A DNA stretch of 64,000 nucleotides. Source: Rhodanobacter sp. Its GTDB lineage: Bacteria; Pseudomonadota; Gammaproteobacteria; Xanthomonadales; Rhodanobacteraceae. Numbering within the stretch: the first letter of the stretch is position 1; each line of letters starts with the position of its first letter. The DNA lies in contig DAITPL010000004.1 in NCBI GenBank assembly GCA_036833615.1, positions 1,825-65,824 on the forward strand, read 5' to 3'. The position numbers and the translations under genes are program-made. The notes below the pieces were generated by a model, which searched no databases, was not told the origin of the DNA, and saw only the letters and a program-made list of their open reading frames with translations. Below are positions 61,671-64,000 of the stretch, in pieces.

Positions 61671-63452
61671 ATGAAACTGACCGGTATCGTCCGTTGGCGC
61701 ACGGCGGGCTTGTTGCTGGCGGTGCTGGTCATCGTCGGGCTGCCGTATATGTCCACGACCATCAGTACGCGTTCCACCCAGGAGGCGATTGCGTGGGTCA
61801 ACCACTCCAGCGAGGTGCAGGCGCAAACGTTTCGTGCCGCCTATATGGTGCACGATATCGAGGCGGCGATTTACCGTGGGCTGGTCGGCGACGACGACGC
61901 AAAAACCCGCGATCGCATCCAGCGGGTCCTCGGCGAGGAGTCCGACCTGCTGGCCAACCTGCGGTCGATGACCAGCGGCAGTGCCGACCAGCTGCGGCTC
62001 GTGGCCTCCCTTGAAGGCAGCATCAGTGGCCGGGTCACGCTGATGAATCAGGCGCTGGAGCGGTTGCATGCGCAAGATCTCGCCGGGGCCCGGCAATCGC
62101 TGCGCGATGCGGAGGATTTGTTCCCGATCAACGCGACAACGATGGCGATCGTGCACAACGAAGAGGTGTTGCTGCGGGCGCGCCAGGCCGCGGCTGATCA
62201 TCAGGCATTCAATGGACGTGTCGTGCTCGCGTTGAGTGCGTTGGCGCAGTTGGTGTTGCTGGTCATCATCATCGTTACCTCGGAGCGCCAGATCGGGCGC
62301 CGCCAGTTGGCAGAAACCCGCGAGGGGCGCGCCGTGTTGCGCTCGCGGTTGATCCTGCAGGCGGTGCGCGAGCCAATCGGATTGTTTGACGAAAACTTGC
62401 GCAGCCTGCTGGTAAACACGGCCTTCAGCGAAATGTACGGCGTGGATCCCGAGCAACGCACGCAGGCATTGGTGGAAATGGGGGATGGGGCGTGGAGCGA
62501 CAGTGCGTTGTTGCAGCGGCTCAATGATGTGTTGTTGCGTGATCGCGAGTTGTGGGATTACGACATGACCCAGCGCACTGCCGATGGTGTGACGCGGCGG
62601 GTGGTGATCAATGCGCGGCGCCTGCAGCAACGTGCGGCGGAAACGCCGGCATTGCTGCTGACCGTCAGTGACATCACCGCGCGGGCGATGGTCGAGCAGG
62701 AGGTAAATGAACTCAATCGCCAGCTCGAAGGCAAGGTTGCGCAGATCTCCGACGTCAACCGTGAGCTGGAAGCGTTCAGTTACTCGGTATCGCACGACCT
62801 GCGTGCACCGCTACGGCACATTTCCGGGTTCTCGCAGAAGTTGCAGCACCACCTGGGCGACGCCATCGACGACAAGTCGCGCCATTACATCGAGGTGGTG
62901 TCCGACGCCGCACAGCGCATGGCGATGTTGATTGATGATCTGCTGGTGTTCTCGCGTCTGGGCCGTGGCGCACTGCGGCTGCAGACCGTGGACATGCAGT
63001 CGCTGGTTGAGGAGGCGCGTGACCTGCTGCAGGAAGAGGTCCCCGAGCGGCGCATCGTATGGACGCTGGGCGCGCTGCCCATGGTCATTGGTGACGAAAA
63101 CATGCTGCGCACCGTGTGGCAGAACGTGCTCGGCAATGCGGTCAAGTACACCGGGCACTGCCCGGTGGCGCGGATCGAGGTCAGTGTAAGCCAGGGCGAC
63201 AATGGCGATCAGGTGTTCACGGTGTCCGACAACGGGGCCGGTTTTGACATGCAATATGCCGACAAGCTGTTTGGCGTGTTTCAGCGCCTGCACCGTGCGT
63301 CCGAGTTCCCCGGCAATGGTATCGGCCTGGCCAATGTGCGTCGTATCATCTCCCGGCATGGTGGTCGGGTCTGGGCCGAAGGTGAACCCGGGCACGGTGC
63401 GCACTTCCACTTTTCACTGCCAGCCACTGATCTGAGCGGTACAACCACTTGA
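61671..63452 (+). CDS. Membrane sensor histidine kinase (CHASE3-like sensor, PAS-like domain, HisKA, HATPase)
   Basis: Two TM helices, WVNHS.EV, SYSVSHDLRAPLRHI, NAVKYT, DNGAGF, GIGLA. Confidence 0.92.
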   Translation: MKLTGIVRWRTAGLLLAVLVIVGLPYMSTTISTRSTQEAIAWVNHSSEVQAQTFRAAYMVHDIEAAIYRGLVGDDDAKTRDRIQRVLGEESDLLANLRSMTSGSADQLRLVASLEGSISGRVTLMNQALERLHAQDLAGARQSLRDAEDLFPINATTMAIVHNEEVLLRARQAAADHQAFNGRVVLALSALAQLVLLVIIIVTSERQIGRRQLAETREGRAVLRSRLILQAVREPIGLFDENLRSLLVNTAFSEMYGVDPEQRTQALVEMGDGAWSDSALLQRLNDVLLRDRELWDYDMTQRTADGVTRRVVINARRLQQRAAETPALLLTVSDITARAMVEQEVNELNRQLEGKVAQISDVNRELEAFSYSVSHDLRAPLRHISGFSQKLQHHLGDAIDDKSRHYIEVVSDAAQRMAMLIDDLLVFSRLGRGALRLQTVDMQSLVEEARDLLQEEVPERRIVWTLGALPMVIGDENMLRTVWQNVLGNAVKYTGHCPVARIEVSVSQGDNGDQVFTVSDNGAGFDMQYADKLFGVFQRLHRASEFPGNGIGLANVRRIISRHGGRVWAEGEPGHGAHFHFSLPATDLSGTTT

Positions 63453-63471
63453 ATCGACCCGGGACGTGAAC

Positions 63472-63918
63472 ATGAACAAGCGTGACCTGCGCACCATCTT
63501 GCTGGTTGAAGACAGTCAGGCCGACGCGGAAATGACCATGGATGCGCTGACTGACGCCCATCTGGTCAACCCTGTGGTACATCTCGAGGATGGCGTGGAC
63601 TGCCTCGATTACCTGTACGCACGCGGTGCGTGGGCCGAGCGTGAAGCCGGCGATCCGGCGGTGGTGCTGCTGGACATCAAGATGCCGCGCATGAGTGGGC
63701 TCGAAGTGCTCAAGACCATGCGCACAGATGAGCGCATGCGGCGCATTCCGGTGGTAATTTTGTCTTCCTCGCGTGAGGAAAGCGATCTGGCCCGCAGTTG
63801 GGATCTTGGGGCCAATGCCTACGTCATCAAACCGGTGGACGTGGACCAGTTTTTCGAGGCGGTCCGCACGTTGGGACAGTTCTGGGCGGTGCTCAACCAG
63901 GCACCCGAGGCGGAGTGA
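63472..63918 (+). CDS. Single-domain response regulator
   Basis: ILLVED, LLDIKMP, PVVILSSS, GANAYVIKP. Confidence 0.93.
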   Translation: MNKRDLRTILLVEDSQADAEMTMDALTDAHLVNPVVHLEDGVDCLDYLYARGAWAEREAGDPAVVLLDIKMPRMSGLEVLKTMRTDERMRRIPVVILSSSREESDLARSWDLGANAYVIKPVDVDQFFEAVRTLGQFWAVLNQAPEAE

Positions 63919-64000
63919 CCGGCACCGCGCCGACAGCACACTGGGTGTGCAGGGACACTGTGACCATGACAGCACACACGGGTGAACAGGGAACGACGAT

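Overview
GC-rich core-chromosome window. Gene content and order (dcw cluster without murD, dciA/M23/secA, the GDMDGNP PEP carboxylase variant) suggest a Xanthomonadales, probably Rhodanobacteraceae-like, gammaproteobacterium; this is an inference. In order it holds: partial ppc, GIY-YIG nuclease, GST, uup, an S11 D-Ala-D-Ala peptidase, metK, metE, dusB, a TonB-dependent receptor, a NupG-like permease, a UDG-like protein, yraN, lpoA, rsmI, RNase P RNA, the dcw cluster (mraZ to lpxC), dciA, an M23 peptidase, secA, lptD-surA-pdxA-rsmA-apaG-apaH (minus strand), a BtuM-like/PduO-type/HDAC-family operon, two Ubi hydroxylases, a dienelactone hydrolase, ispB, an MFS transporter, ssb, an M1 aminopeptidase and a two-component pair. 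I saw no prophage, IS, CRISPR or defence island and cannot support a wholly new multi-gene system. The most interesting signals are non-coding or small: a shared TATC-N18-GATA palindrome upstream of metK and metE, a structured metE leader, a G-U-rich hairpin train between ftsZ and lpxC, four -10-N6-ATG leaderless starts, a 9-codon uORF coupled to the MFS gene, GTAG-type REP clusters, and a riboswitch-less BtuM-PduO-HDAC operon. All product calls come from motif recognition, not database searches.
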